Positions 9,726 to 19,614 of a stretch of 39,464 bases of DNA are shown here, piece by piece; position 1 is the stretch's first letter; every line of letters starts with the position of its first letter. The DNA lies in assembly GCA_964432455.1 (NCBI GenBank), contig CAYSNO010000001.1, forward strand, positions 4,883-44,346. Reading direction: 5' to 3'. This DNA is from an uncultured Candidatus Saccharibacteria bacterium. Its GTDB lineage: Bacteria > Patescibacteriota > Minisyncoccia > Phycocordibacterales > UBA918. Position numbers and translations under genes: made by a program. The notes under the pieces are model-generated. The model made no database searches, had not been told where the DNA came from, and was given only the letters and a program-made list of their open reading frames with translations.

Positions 9726-12194
9726 ATGAATATTGCTCAATTTGCCCCCCAAACCGTTGCGGTTGACCGCATGTATACGTTTTTTAGTCGCTTAACTCAA
9801 GGTCTCTTGATACTTGGCGTTGCCTTGTTGCCCCTCTTTTTTATACCGGGGTTTCCGATGTTGACGCAGTCAGTAAAAAGTCATCTCGCCATTGCGGTGG
9901 TGTTTGCGGCTCTCGTGACGTATAGTCTCGCGGTGTTGCGTCGTGGCTCGATTGCGCTGCGGGTGCCGACCCTTGTGCTCGCGTGGGGTGGGGTGACACT
10001 CACCGGTGTGATTGCTGGCCTCCTTGCTCCACAGGCTAATGTGGCCTTCATGGGTAGTCAAATTGAAATTCATACCGTCGGCTTTTTGCTCGGTAGCCTC
10101 TTGCTTATGGCGATGATGGGTGTCTTTAAGGATGCCAAGTCGAGCGTTATTCTCTTCTACGGCAGTCTCTGTGTGACTGCGATTGTGTTGGCGTTCATCC
10201 ACCTCATCCGCCTCATCTTTGGAGCTGATGTGCTCTCATTTGGTCTCGTTGATTCTCCGGTAGCAACCCTCCTTGGTAGCTTTAACGACCTTGCGTTATT
10301 CTTTACGGTAGTGATTCTGGTTGGGCTCATTGCACTTTTGCAGCTGGCCTTACCACGCAAGATCGAAGTCTTTGTACTCCTCGCCATTGTCTGTTCGTTG
10401 ATCATGCTTGGCGTCATCAATTTTTCGATGACCTGGTACGTGGTGGGCTTTTTTAGTCTCTTGCTCCTCATGTTTACCCTGACGAAGGGACGTATCGGCA
10501 CTACGACTGGCTCTAGTCAGCCAGCTTCACTCCTTGTCGTGTCAGCGCTGGGTATCACCTGTTTGACCGCTATTATCTTTGTGGTTGGCGGTACTGCGCT
10601 CGGTGGCTACGTCAACAGTAAGACCGGTGTGTCATATCTTGAAGTTCGTCCATCAGTTGGCGCAACGCTCGATATTATGAAGGGTGTGTACAGTGACCGT
10701 ATGCTCACGGGTGCTGGTCCAAATCATTTCCACGAAGCATGGTTACAATACAAGGATCAAAGTCTCAATTCGACCCTCTTTTGGAATACACCGTTTTATG
10801 CTGGTAGTGGCTACATTCCAACCTGGTTTGTCACGAGTGGCGTACTCGGTGGTATGGCGTGGATAGTATTTATTGGTCTGCTGTTTTGGCAGGGATTACG
10901 TGCGCTCCTTCGTCCGGTAGTGACGAATCATTTCTGGTACTTTATTGCGACGGTAAGCTTCACTGTGGCGGCCTTTGTCTGGACTACCGCACTTATCTAT
11001 GTACCAGGTGTGGTTATCTTGATTCTGGGCGTTACGGCGACCGGTCTCTTTGCGGTGGCGTATGAAGTACTACAAGATAAGTCGGCACCAGCGTTCAACT
11101 TGCTCCGTGACTCCCGGACTGGTTTTGTGCTTATTGCCGGTGTGATGGTGGTCATTGTGGTCTCAGTCGCGGTTGAATACTATGTTATGCGTCAGGTCAT
11201 CAGTATCAAAACCTTTGCCTCAGCGCTTGAGACACCAGCTGGTGATGGTCAGTTAGCTGCGGTGACGAGTACAGTTGTAGCAGCCTATAACCTGTATCCG
11301 AATGATGCCTATGTTCGCGACCTCTCCCAGTATCACCTCCAAGCACTGGCTGCGCTCGCGGCAAAAGGTACCCCATCACCAGCCGACGTCGAACAATTTA
11401 ATGCGCTCACTACTGCATCACTTGAAGCTGGAAGTACCGCTATCAACAATCGTGGCAGTGATGCTCGTAACTGGTCAGCCCGGGGCGACATTTATGCACT
11501 CCTTGCGCGACTCCAGGTAGAAGGGGCATACGATCGAGCTAAGGCAGACTACGCCGAAGCTGCAAAACGCGATCCACAAAATCCGTATTATGATTTCCAG
11601 AGTGCACTCCTTGAAGCAGGTAAAAGTAACACCGACGGTGCTCGTAGCGCGCTTGGTCAAGCTATTGCGAAAAAGCCAAACTACACCGAAGCTCTCAGTG
11701 CCTTGGCCGAGCTTGATGTGGCCGCTGGTAATCTTGATGAAGCTATCAAAACGACCGAGTCACTCCTCTCAATTGAGGCGACTAATCCTGGTCGTTACTA
11801 CCAGTTGGGTGTCTTACAGCGAGCCAAGGGCAACAAGCCAGCCGCCGCTGCAGCGTTTCAGGATGCTATCACGCTTGATCCACAGTTTGCCAATGCCCGC
11901 TACCTCTTCGCGCTCATGTTGCTCGAAGAGAACAATGTTGAAGCTGCACTCACGCAGCTCCGCACGGTACGCGACCTCAATAGTGCGAACACCTCCCTTA
12001 ATGATGTAATTCGTCGCCTTGAAGGTGGGGAATCAGCCGCATCAATTCTCGGACAGAATACGGCGACCGTAAATGAGCCAGCCCCTGATGCAGAGGGTAG
12101 CACCGTTGATAGTGCGGCAGAAGTGCCTAAGACTGACTTATTGGTACCAGTAAATACTGTACCTGATACTAATGACGCAGCCGCCGGTCAATAG
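9726..12194 (+). CDS. Large polytopic membrane protein with C-terminal TPR repeats (O-antigen-ligase-like topology, tentative)
   Basis: About 12 or more TM helices in the first ~480 aa. Several TPR-like repeats follow (AKADYAEAAKRDPQNPYY..., NYTEALSALAELDVAAGNLDEAI...). Sits immediately upstream of murJ. Confidence 0.6.
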   Translation: MNIAQFAPQTVAVDRMYTFFSRLTQGLLILGVALLPLFFIPGFPMLTQSVKSHLAIAVVFAALVTYSLAVLRRGSIALRVPTLVLAWGGVTLTGVIAGLLAPQANVAFMGSQIEIHTVGFLLGSLLLMAMMGVFKDAKSSVILFYGSLCVTAIVLAFIHLIRLIFGADVLSFGLVDSPVATLLGSFNDLALFFTVVILVGLIALLQLALPRKIEVFVLLAIVCSLIMLGVINFSMTWYVVGFFSLLLLMFTLTKGRIGTTTGSSQPASLLVVSALGITCLTAIIFVVGGTALGGYVNSKTGVSYLEVRPSVGATLDIMKGVYSDRMLTGAGPNHFHEAWLQYKDQSLNSTLFWNTPFYAGSGYIPTWFVTSGVLGGMAWIVFIGLLFWQGLRALLRPVVTNHFWYFIATVSFTVAAFVWTTALIYVPGVVILILGVTATGLFAVAYEVLQDKSAPAFNLLRDSRTGFVLIAGVMVVIVVSVAVEYYVMRQVISIKTFASALETPAGDGQLAAVTSTVVAAYNLYPNDAYVRDLSQYHLQALAALAAKGTPSPADVEQFNALTTASLEAGSTAINNRGSDARNWSARGDIYALLARLQVEGAYDRAKADYAEAAKRDPQNPYYDFQSALLEAGKSNTDGARSALGQAIAKKPNYTEALSALAELDVAAGNLDEAIKTTESLLSIEATNPGRYYQLGVLQRAKGNKPAAAAAFQDAITLDPQFANARYLFALMLLEENNVEAALTQLRTVRDLNSANTSLNDVIRRLEGGESAASILGQNTATVNEPAPDAEGSTVDSAAEVPKTDLLVPVNTVPDTNDAAAGQ

Positions 12195-12197
12195 TGT

Positions 12198-13877
12198 ATG
12201 GTGACGCGAGTCCTCAATCTCTTGTACCGTGAGGTGCGCGGCCTTCACCAGGCAGCGTATGTGCTCGCACTCTTTACCCTGGCATCACAGATCTTGGCCA
12301 TTGTTCGAGACCGAATTTTGGCGCATCAATTTGGGGCTGGTTACGAACTTGATTTGTACTACACTGCGTTTCGAATTCCTGACCTCCTGTTTGTGCTCTT
12401 CGCCTCAGTGTTATCGGTCTATGTCCTCTTACCATTTGTCACCAAAGCTGAAGCTGATGATGAGGGGAGAGGTGGACGAGTGGTCTTGGCGCAGATGTTC
12501 TCACTGTTTTTGCTCTGCTACACCGCGGTGTCTATGCTCGCCTTTGTGTTAGCGCCCTACCTGATGCCAAAATTGTTCCCCGGCTTTTCGCCTGAAGCAT
12601 ATACGGAGATTGTGACGATGATGCGTATCCTCCTCATCCAACCTTGTCTCCTTGGTATCTCGAGTCTCTTTGGTGTGGTGACGCAGATTCACCACCGTTT
12701 TGTGCTCTACGCACTTTCACCACTCTTGTATAACGTGGGAATTATTGTGGGTGCTCTCTTCCTCTATCCTGTTATTGGACTCACCGGTCTAGCTTGGGGA
12801 GTGGTATTGGGAGCGGTGGGACACCTCTTGGTCCAATGGCCACTGGTGATCAAAACCAAATTGGCCTTTGGGATAGTCTTTAAAATTGACTGGCGCCTCA
12901 TGTGGTCGGTGGCAAAAGTAGCCTTGCCACGGGCGCTCACGCTATCGTTTGGACAATTACAGATGATCGGTTTTGTGATGATTGCGAGCACGCTCGCGGT
13001 TGGTTCCGTGGCGGTGATGCAGTTTGCGTACAACCTCCAATCAGTGCCGCTTGCCATCGTGGGGATGAGTTACTCAGTGGCCGCCTTTCCTGTGCTTGCT
13101 GATCTTCTCGCCAAAAAAGAGGAAAAGAAATTTGTGGCCTATGTATCAACGGCGCTGCGACATATTATCTTTTGGTCGGTACCTATTTCGGCCCTGGTTA
13201 TTGTCCTTCGTGCTCAGATTGTCCGGGTGCTCTTGGGCAGTGGTTCATTTAACTGGGATGACACGCGATTGGTGGCAGCCGCGCTGGCACTCTTTGTACT
13301 TGCCTTATTGGCACAATCGGTACTTCTGCTTCTGGTACGGGCTTTTTATGCTGGTGGGCATACGCGTACACCGCTGGTTGTCACTGCCATTGGGACAATC
13401 CTTGGTACTGGCTGTGCGTTTTTGTTCTCCCAGCTCTTTATCAAAGCACCGACCTTTGCTGATACCGTTGTACACCTACTGCGTCTTGATGGGGTGGTTG
13501 GTGTGGCGGTTCTCATGATCCCGCTCGGCTTCTTGGTGGGTATTTTGTTTGAACTCTTCTGCATGTTGTGGTTCTTCGCCTGGCGTTTTTCACTACCAAC
13601 CGGTGTACTTCTCGTTTCATTTATGCGCGCACTCCTGGCTGGTATTATCGGTAGTCTGGTAGCGTACCTCGCGCTTGCGTTTGTCGTCGAGGGAGTCAAT
13701 CAAGAGAAATTCCTTGGTATCTTTATTCAAGGGGTGACCGGTGGACTCTTTGGGATAGCCGGGGTAGTGGCGACATATTACATCCTTCGTTCACCAGAAC
13801 TCACAGAAATCACGAAGTCGTTTAAGACGAGGATTTGGAAGGCAGACGTCGTCGCCCCCCAACCCGACATATTGTAG
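12198..13877 (+). CDS. murJ: Lipid II flippase MurJ (MviN)
   Basis: MurJ N-terminal signature ILAIVRDRILAHQFGAG..DLYYTAFRIPDLLF and ~14 TM helices. Confidence 0.9.
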   Translation: MVTRVLNLLYREVRGLHQAAYVLALFTLASQILAIVRDRILAHQFGAGYELDLYYTAFRIPDLLFVLFASVLSVYVLLPFVTKAEADDEGRGGRVVLAQMFSLFLLCYTAVSMLAFVLAPYLMPKLFPGFSPEAYTEIVTMMRILLIQPCLLGISSLFGVVTQIHHRFVLYALSPLLYNVGIIVGALFLYPVIGLTGLAWGVVLGAVGHLLVQWPLVIKTKLAFGIVFKIDWRLMWSVAKVALPRALTLSFGQLQMIGFVMIASTLAVGSVAVMQFAYNLQSVPLAIVGMSYSVAAFPVLADLLAKKEEKKFVAYVSTALRHIIFWSVPISALVIVLRAQIVRVLLGSGSFNWDDTRLVAAALALFVLALLAQSVLLLLVRAFYAGGHTRTPLVVTAIGTILGTGCAFLFSQLFIKAPTFADTVVHLLRLDGVVGVAVLMIPLGFLVGILFELFCMLWFFAWRFSLPTGVLLVSFMRALLAGIIGSLVAYLALAFVVEGVNQEKFLGIFIQGVTGGLFGIAGVVATYYILRSPELTEITKSFKTRIWKADVVAPQPDIL

Positions 13878-13939
13878 GAACGTGCCCAAAAGCCCCTCAT
13901 ACTTTGTTGCACTTCGCTCAAAAACATTCATCGTGAGAA

Positions 13940-14000
13940 AGTCTGGGAGACTTTCGCAAGAGGTTGTCAGCTAATTTGGAAAAATAGCGACAACCTGTAC
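13940..14000 (+). repeat. Copy of the hairpin module also found downstream of tRNA-Glu (39260-39348, opposite strand)
   Basis: AGTCT-GGG-AGACT hairpin plus the AGGTTGTC(A)GCTA...TAGCGACAACCT hairpin. A 21-nt exact match AAAAATAGCGACAACCTGTAC links it to the other locus. Confidence 0.7.
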
Positions 14001-14146
14001 AGCTTCTGTAAGAAGTGTCTATATACGCCTCATATTTTTTCGCTCGTGCGCCTCGTCTAAGGAACTTTTGACCACGCTCGCAAAGTTCGTAAAAAGCCAG
14101 TTCGACTGGTATTTATTGCGATTTTGCGGTACTGTAGGGCTGTTAT

Positions 14147-15940
14147 ATGACGTCTCATATTAGAAATTTCAGTATCATTGCGCACATCGACCACGGCAAG
14201 TCGACTCTGGCTGATCGTATGCTCGAGGTGACACGTACGGTAGAAACCCGCAAGATGAAAGAACAGGTCCTTGACTCGATGGAGCTGGAACGGGAGCGTG
14301 GCATCACTATCAAGATGCAGCCGGTGCGTATGAAGTATATGCATAACGGAGTAGAGCACCAGCTCAATCTCATCGATACACCGGGGCACATCGACTTCTC
14401 GTATGAGGTATCTCGTGCCCTTAAGGCCGTTGAAGGGGTACTCCTCCTCATCGATAGTACCCAGGGTATCCAGGCGCAGACGCTGACAACACTCTCGATG
14501 GCGCGCGAGCAAGGACTTACCATCATTCCGGTCCTCACGAAGACCGACATGGGACACTCACGACCGGATGAAATCGCTGAGTCAGTGATGGAGCTCCTTG
14601 GTTGTGAACGTTCGGAGATTCTCCTCGTATCTGGCAAGACGGGTGCTGGCGTACCTGAACTCCTCGCGGCCATTTGTGACCGCATTCCGGCGCCAAAGCC
14701 GAGTACCTTAGATGCCTACCGCGGACTTATCTTCGATTTTACCTACTCGAACCACCGCGGGGTGATTGTCTTCATGCGCGTCTTTGATGGGGAAGTAAAG
14801 AAAGGTGATCAGCTTTGTTTTGTGGCTGGTGGTAAAAGCTTTACTGCCCTTGAGGTGGGTATGGTGACCCCGAGCGAAGTACCGTGTGACAAGATCTCAG
14901 AGGGAGAAATCGGCTACATCGTCACTGGTATCAAAGAGCCAGGGGTAGCGACGGTAGGTGACACCCTCACCCTTGAAAAGAAACCAGCGCCACCACTCTC
15001 TGGCTACTCGCCGGCGCGTCCAGTGGTTTGGGCATCAATTTTCCCGGATAGTCAGGATGACTTCACCATGTTGCGTCAGGCCCTTGATCGCCTCAAGCTC
15101 TCAGACTCATCACTCTCTTACGAAGAAGAGTCCTCGGGTGTCCTTGGACGTGGGTTCCGCTGTGGTTTCCTCGGCATGCTCCATCTCGAGATCGTGACTG
15201 AGCGTTTGCGTCGCGAATTTGATATTGAGATTATTATTACTTCACCGTCAATTGCCTATGAAGTAACGTTTGACGATGGACATATTGAGTCTATCTACGC
15301 GGCCTCGCGGTTCCCTGATCATGGGGAAAAAGTCTCAGTGCGTGAGCCATGGCTCCTCGGTCAAATCATCACCCCTGTCGATCACCTCGGCAACATCATG
15401 ACGCTCTTGTTTGATCACGAAGGTGGGATTCTTGAAACCGAAGTCCTCAAGGATGGACGTAACCTTCTCACGATTGAAATGCCGCTCCGTGAACTGATGC
15501 GGAACTTCTTTGATAAACTCAAAAACGCTAGTAGCGGCTATGCATCGCTCTCATACGAAATCGCGGAGATGCGCCCGGCGACTGTGGTTCGTATGGATGT
15601 ACTGGTGGCTGAGGAACTCATTACCGCATTTTCGCGAGTAGTCGGGGAGCGGCGGGCGGAGTTTGATGCGCGGGCGGTCGTTGATAAGCTCTACGACAAC
15701 ATGCCGCGACAGCAGTTTGTGACGAAGCTCCAAGCCAAAGTCCGAGGCAAGATTATTGCTTCTCGCTCACTCTCAGCCTTCCGCAAAGACGTGACCGGTT
15801 ACCTCTACGGTGGCGATATCACCCGTAAGATGAAACTCCTTGAGAAGCAGAAGAAGGGGAAGAAGAAAGCGCTGGAGTTGGGGAAGAATCGGGTTAATAT
15901 ACCTCAAGACGTCTTCATGAAAATGGTAAAATCAGATTAA
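14147..15940 (+). CDS. lepA: Elongation factor 4 (LepA)
   Basis: IRNFSIIAHIDHGKSTL, DTPGH and the LepA C-terminal domain. Confidence 0.95.
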   Translation: MTSHIRNFSIIAHIDHGKSTLADRMLEVTRTVETRKMKEQVLDSMELERERGITIKMQPVRMKYMHNGVEHQLNLIDTPGHIDFSYEVSRALKAVEGVLLLIDSTQGIQAQTLTTLSMAREQGLTIIPVLTKTDMGHSRPDEIAESVMELLGCERSEILLVSGKTGAGVPELLAAICDRIPAPKPSTLDAYRGLIFDFTYSNHRGVIVFMRVFDGEVKKGDQLCFVAGGKSFTALEVGMVTPSEVPCDKISEGEIGYIVTGIKEPGVATVGDTLTLEKKPAPPLSGYSPARPVVWASIFPDSQDDFTMLRQALDRLKLSDSSLSYEEESSGVLGRGFRCGFLGMLHLEIVTERLRREFDIEIIITSPSIAYEVTFDDGHIESIYAASRFPDHGEKVSVREPWLLGQIITPVDHLGNIMTLLFDHEGGILETEVLKDGRNLLTIEMPLRELMRNFFDKLKNASSGYASLSYEIAEMRPATVVRMDVLVAEELITAFSRVVGERRAEFDARAVVDKLYDNMPRQQFVTKLQAKVRGKIIASRSLSAFRKDVTGYLYGGDITRKMKLLEKQKKGKKKALELGKNRVNIPQDVFMKMVKSD

Positions 15941-16078
15941 TTTCACTTCATCTACTGCGTTGAACTTCAGTAAAATATCGTTCATCGTATATCAAAATAC
16001 GCCTCACGACATTTTCTTCGTTCGCCTTGCATCTAAAGCAAAATAAATCAGATTTAAACTTCGTTTTGTAGCATTAAC

Positions 16079-16107
16079 AAAAAGACCGCCAGAGTGGCGG
16101 TCTTTTT
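16079..16107. terminator. Bidirectional intrinsic terminator
   Basis: AAAGACCGCC-AGAGT-GGCGGTCTTT with flanking A and T runs. Confidence 0.8.
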
Positions 16108-16108
16108 G

Positions 16109-16222
16109 TTACATGTAGCCGGCAAAGAGGCTCGCAACCATACTGGCCATAATGAGGATGGCAATCACAATCCAGACCCATTTGATAATTTTTTTAGTGT
16201 TTTTGTGGTAGAGGAAACTCAT
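16109..16222 (-). CDS. Possible 37-aa single-pass membrane peptide (below the ORF-track cutoff)
   Basis: MSFLYHKNTKKIIKWVWIVIAILIMASMVASLFAGYM: basic N-terminus followed by one TM helix. Its stop abuts the bidirectional terminator. Confidence 0.35.
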   Translation of the reverse strand: MSFLYHKNTKKIIKWVWIVIAILIMASMVASLFAGYM

Positions 16223-16257
16223 AGATGGCTGACAATTTAATGCTAGAATAGTACCAT

Positions 16258-16635
16258 ATGTTGCAGTTTTACGAAAAGCGCAGTTGGCGTGGCGTCCTCA
16301 AATCTTGGTGGGTCGTGGGTATTTTGGGCTTTGTCTGTCTCTTCTTGCTCTGGGTGGTCTTTGATCGCTACACGATTGAACGAGATATGGCGAAGCGCCG
16401 GGCTGAAGCTGAAACACACGTAGTCGAGCTTGAGGCTCGCAAGGAGCACATCAAAGATAAGGTCGAGTATCTCGGCAGTGAGCGGGGGATGGAGGCGGAA
16501 ATGAGGCGCAACTTCGACGTCGCACAACCCGGCGAGCAAGTGGTAATTATCGTCGATGAGGAAAAGAAAGACAGTGAGGTGACGCCACTGCAGCCAATTG
16601 CGGATACCCCTCCCTGGTATATTTTTTGGCGGTAG
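16258..16635 (+). CDS. FtsB/DivIC-like septum formation initiator
   Basis: N-terminal TM helix, coiled coil, and the conserved tail ..SERGMEAEMRRNFDVAQPGEQVVII. TGcTAGAAT (hexamer 16244-16249) lies 8 nt before the ATG. Confidence 0.6.
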   Translation: MLQFYEKRSWRGVLKSWWVVGILGFVCLFLLWVVFDRYTIERDMAKRRAEAETHVVELEARKEHIKDKVEYLGSERGMEAEMRRNFDVAQPGEQVVIIVDEEKKDSEVTPLQPIADTPPWYIFWR

Positions 16636-16665
16636 GGTATACTATTTGGCATAAACATAAAAAAA

Positions 16666-16908
16666 TTGTATATGAGTAAAACTGTCACCATTTATAGTAC
16701 TCCGGTTTGCCACTACTGCCATATGGCAAAAGATTTTTTCGCTGAGAATAACATCACCTTTACGGAACATGATGTAGCAAGTGATCTCGAGAAGCGTAAG
16801 GAGATGGTTGATATGACCGGCCAGATGGGGGTGCCAGTAATTCGTATCGAAGATGATGTGATTGTCGGCTTTGATGAAGCAAAGGTGAAGGAACTCCTTG
16901 GCGTATAA
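16666..16908 (+). CDS. Glutaredoxin-like protein (NrdH/YruB type)
   Basis: 80 aa with CHYC active site, GVPVI and GFD motifs. Confidence 0.8.
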   Translation: MYMSKTVTIYSTPVCHYCHMAKDFFAENNITFTEHDVASDLEKRKEMVDMTGQMGVPVIRIEDDVIVGFDEAKVKELLGV

Positions 16909-16927
16909 GCTAACCAGTTGCTTGTGT

Positions 16928-16966
16928 AACAAAACCAGTCGGCACCGACTGGTTTTGTTTTTTTGT
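16928..16966 (+). terminator. Intrinsic terminator
   Basis: AACAAAACCAGTCGG...CCGACTGGTTTTGTT followed by a T-run. Confidence 0.8.
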
Positions 16967-17051
16967 GGTGGTCAGACATTGATTCACTTCACCGGCATCT
17001 ATTAACCTCGATACAGCATCATGTAAGAGTTGGTACGGTATACTAGTTCAT

Positions 17052-19469
17052 ATGTACAAGGGTCTTACGTCAGATGAAGTGCGTAGCCTCGCCAAGCAGT
17101 ATGGTAAAAATGAACTCCCACAACCGAAGTTTCGCTTTTTTCGGTTGCTCACCAAACAACTAAAGAGTATTTTTATTATTCTTCTTTTACTCGCTGCCGC
17201 CGTCACCTTTATCCTTGGTGAGCCATTTGATGCCGGCTTCATGTTGCTATTTGTGGTTTTGGGGATTGGACTGAGTCTATTTCAAGAGTACAAATCAAAT
17301 GCTGCCGCAGACAAACTGCAATCGTATCTCGTAAAAACCATCACCGTCAGACGAAATGATCGTGACGAAGAAGTACCCGTCTCTGCCTTGGTGCCGGGGG
17401 ATATTTTGAAGCTTGAACCCGGGGAGATCGTGCCTGCAGATGCGGTGGTGCGGTATGCCCAGGGTCTTCAGGTAGATGAGACTGCCTTTACTGGAGAAAG
17501 TGTGCCTGTGGCAAAACAAAGTAGTGACACTACAGAAGCTGTTCCTGATACGGCCAAACTCCTTCAGGGGACGGTTATTATTCGTGGCCTAGCGTATGGA
17601 GAAGTGACACATACTGGTGAGCGAACCCGGTTGGCGAAGATTGTACATACCGCATCAACGATTGAAAGTGTCAGCGAACTTACCAAAGGGGTAGATCGAA
17701 TTAGTACTTTTATTTTACGTACCACACTCATCACGCTCCTCTTTGTGATTTTTGCCAATGTCATCATCGAAGGAGCTGACGCTGACATCCCACACTTGCT
17801 CATTTTTGCTATTGCACTCGCGGTATCGGTTATTCCTGAGGCGTTGCCACTGGTGATGACATTTTCGCTATCACGCGGGGCACTCAAATTGGCGAAGAAC
17901 CACGTAATTGTAAAGCGTCTCTCGGCTGTACAGGATCTTGGCTCAATTGAACTCCTCTGTACCGATAAGACAGGCACCATTACCGAAAACAAACTTGTCT
18001 ACCAAAATGACTACGTTATTCCTGAGTCCCCTTGGCACCCGCTCACGCTCTCGCGACTGACCGCTCACGATCTTAATGAGCGACACCCAGAGCCGTTTGA
18101 TTGTGCGACTGAAGAGGCACTTTCACCAGAACAGAAGGAGATTGTTGCTGCGTATGAGCTGCTTGAGGAAGAACCCTTTGATCCAGCCTTGCGCAGTAAT
18201 GGGGCACGGGTGCGGCATCGCGATGGCCAAGAGCTGCATATTCGACGTGGTAGCCCAGAGTATTTTATTGCGGAGGGACTCGTCAGTCGGGAACGGATTG
18301 GTCAGTGGCTACAAGATGAAGAAAAGAATGGACATCGCGTACTTGGATTAAGCTACGACATAGGCTCTGGACAGCAATTCGGAGGCTTTATCTCATTTGC
18401 TGATACCCTCAAGACTACGACTGCTAACACACTCAAAGAGGCGAAGGAGCTCAGTGTCGCAGTTACTATCATTACGGGCGATTCTCGTGCAGTGGCCGAA
18501 GCAATAGGACAGCAAGTGGCCTTGGTGTCTCGCGCTGATCAGGTTATCGAAGCGAGTGACTTCTTTGCCCTACCGGTTGAAGAACAACATACCCGTATTA
18601 AGGAGATTCGTGTGTTTGCTCGGACGACACCAGAACAAAAATTGTCTCTCATTGCACTTCTTAAGGAGCGGTACACGGTTGGCTTCTTGGGGGAGGGTAT
18701 TAATGATGTAGCTGCTCTCAAAGCCGCTGATGTCTCTCTGGTAGTACAATCGGCCTCAGATGTATCGCGCGAAACAGCAGATATTATTCTCTTGAAATCA
18801 GACCTGCATGTCATCGTGGACGGTATTCGTCTTGGCCGAGAGACCCATGCCAATACCCTCAAATATATCAGAGCGACCCTTGTATCAAATTTCGGTAATT
18901 TTTACGCCGTAGCGATTGGTTCGCTTTTTATCACTTTTTTACCAATGTTGCCGAAGCAACTTTTGCTCCTTAATCTCCTTTCAGATTTTCCAATGATGGC
19001 GATTGCTTTCGATCGGGTCAACAAGCGCGAGATAACCCAGCCACAGAAATACGATTTTCGCTCACTCTATATTGTGTTTATTACTTTGGGACTGGTCAGT
19101 ACCGTATTTGATTTTATGTGGTTTGCGCTCTTCTTCCAGTCTGGTCCAGCAGTGCTTCAAACGAATTGGTTTATCGCTAGTGTGATTACGGAAATTGCTC
19201 TCTTGTTCTCAATTCGGTCGATGATGCCAATTGAACAATCGGGTTGGCCCGCACCAGCAATTATGTGGCTCTCCGCGTTTGCGTTTATTACGACACTGAC
19301 GCTTCCAATGATTCCACTCACCGCTCACTACTTTGAATTTATTACCCCGAGCTGGAGTCACCTGGGCCTTATTGTCTCACTAACCGCTACGTACCTAATT
19401 GTTACCGAAATGGTAAAACGACCAGTCGCTAAGTTTCTCAAACTTAATGACGACGTCGTGGTCGCGTAA
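17052..19469 (+). CDS. Cation-transporting P-type ATPase (type II/III-like)
   Basis: Motifs TGES, CTDKTGTITEN and GEGINDVAALKAADV, with 10-TM topology. TATACT at 17039-17044 lies 7 nt before the ATG. Confidence 0.9.
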   Translation: MYKGLTSDEVRSLAKQYGKNELPQPKFRFFRLLTKQLKSIFIILLLLAAAVTFILGEPFDAGFMLLFVVLGIGLSLFQEYKSNAAADKLQSYLVKTITVRRNDRDEEVPVSALVPGDILKLEPGEIVPADAVVRYAQGLQVDETAFTGESVPVAKQSSDTTEAVPDTAKLLQGTVIIRGLAYGEVTHTGERTRLAKIVHTASTIESVSELTKGVDRISTFILRTTLITLLFVIFANVIIEGADADIPHLLIFAIALAVSVIPEALPLVMTFSLSRGALKLAKNHVIVKRLSAVQDLGSIELLCTDKTGTITENKLVYQNDYVIPESPWHPLTLSRLTAHDLNERHPEPFDCATEEALSPEQKEIVAAYELLEEEPFDPALRSNGARVRHRDGQELHIRRGSPEYFIAEGLVSRERIGQWLQDEEKNGHRVLGLSYDIGSGQQFGGFISFADTLKTTTANTLKEAKELSVAVTIITGDSRAVAEAIGQQVALVSRADQVIEASDFFALPVEEQHTRIKEIRVFARTTPEQKLSLIALLKERYTVGFLGEGINDVAALKAADVSLVVQSASDVSRETADIILLKSDLHVIVDGIRLGRETHANTLKYIRATLVSNFGNFYAVAIGSLFITFLPMLPKQLLLLNLLSDFPMMAIAFDRVNKREITQPQKYDFRSLYIVFITLGLVSTVFDFMWFALFFQSGPAVLQTNWFIASVITEIALLFSIRSMMPIEQSGWPAPAIMWLSAFAFITTLTLPMIPLTAHYFEFITPSWSHLGLIVSLTATYLIVTEMVKRPVAKFLKLNDDVVVA

Positions 19470-19480
19470 CTTATACCTTT

Positions 19481-19555
19481 TGGTGCCCCTGCCAGGAATC
19501 GAACCCAGATCGTTCCCTTAGGACGGGACTGCACTATCCGTTGTGCTACGGGGGC
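19481..19555 (-). tRNA. tRNA-Arg (anticodon CCT), CCA encoded
   Basis: Hand-folded cloverleaf with anticodon loop GTCCTAA and T-loop TTCGATT. One C6:A67 acceptor mismatch noted. Confidence 0.85.
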
Positions 19556-19614
19556 TTGTAGGGGGTATCGTAGCACAAAAATAGTCGGGAAGTGAGGGAT
19601 TGTGATACGATAGT

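Noticed and set aside
17004-17014. 11-nt exact repeat AACCTCGATAC (also at 21766-21776) as a shared regulatory site
   Set aside because: Hundreds of 11-mer coincidences are expected in a 39-kb window when both strands are counted. Its position relative to the -10 boxes differs between the two copies.
19358-19576. 72-aa ORF (-), and likewise 21533-21718 (+)
   Set aside because: They run through tRNA-Arg, and through tRNA-Phe plus the palindrome, respectively. They are not coding.
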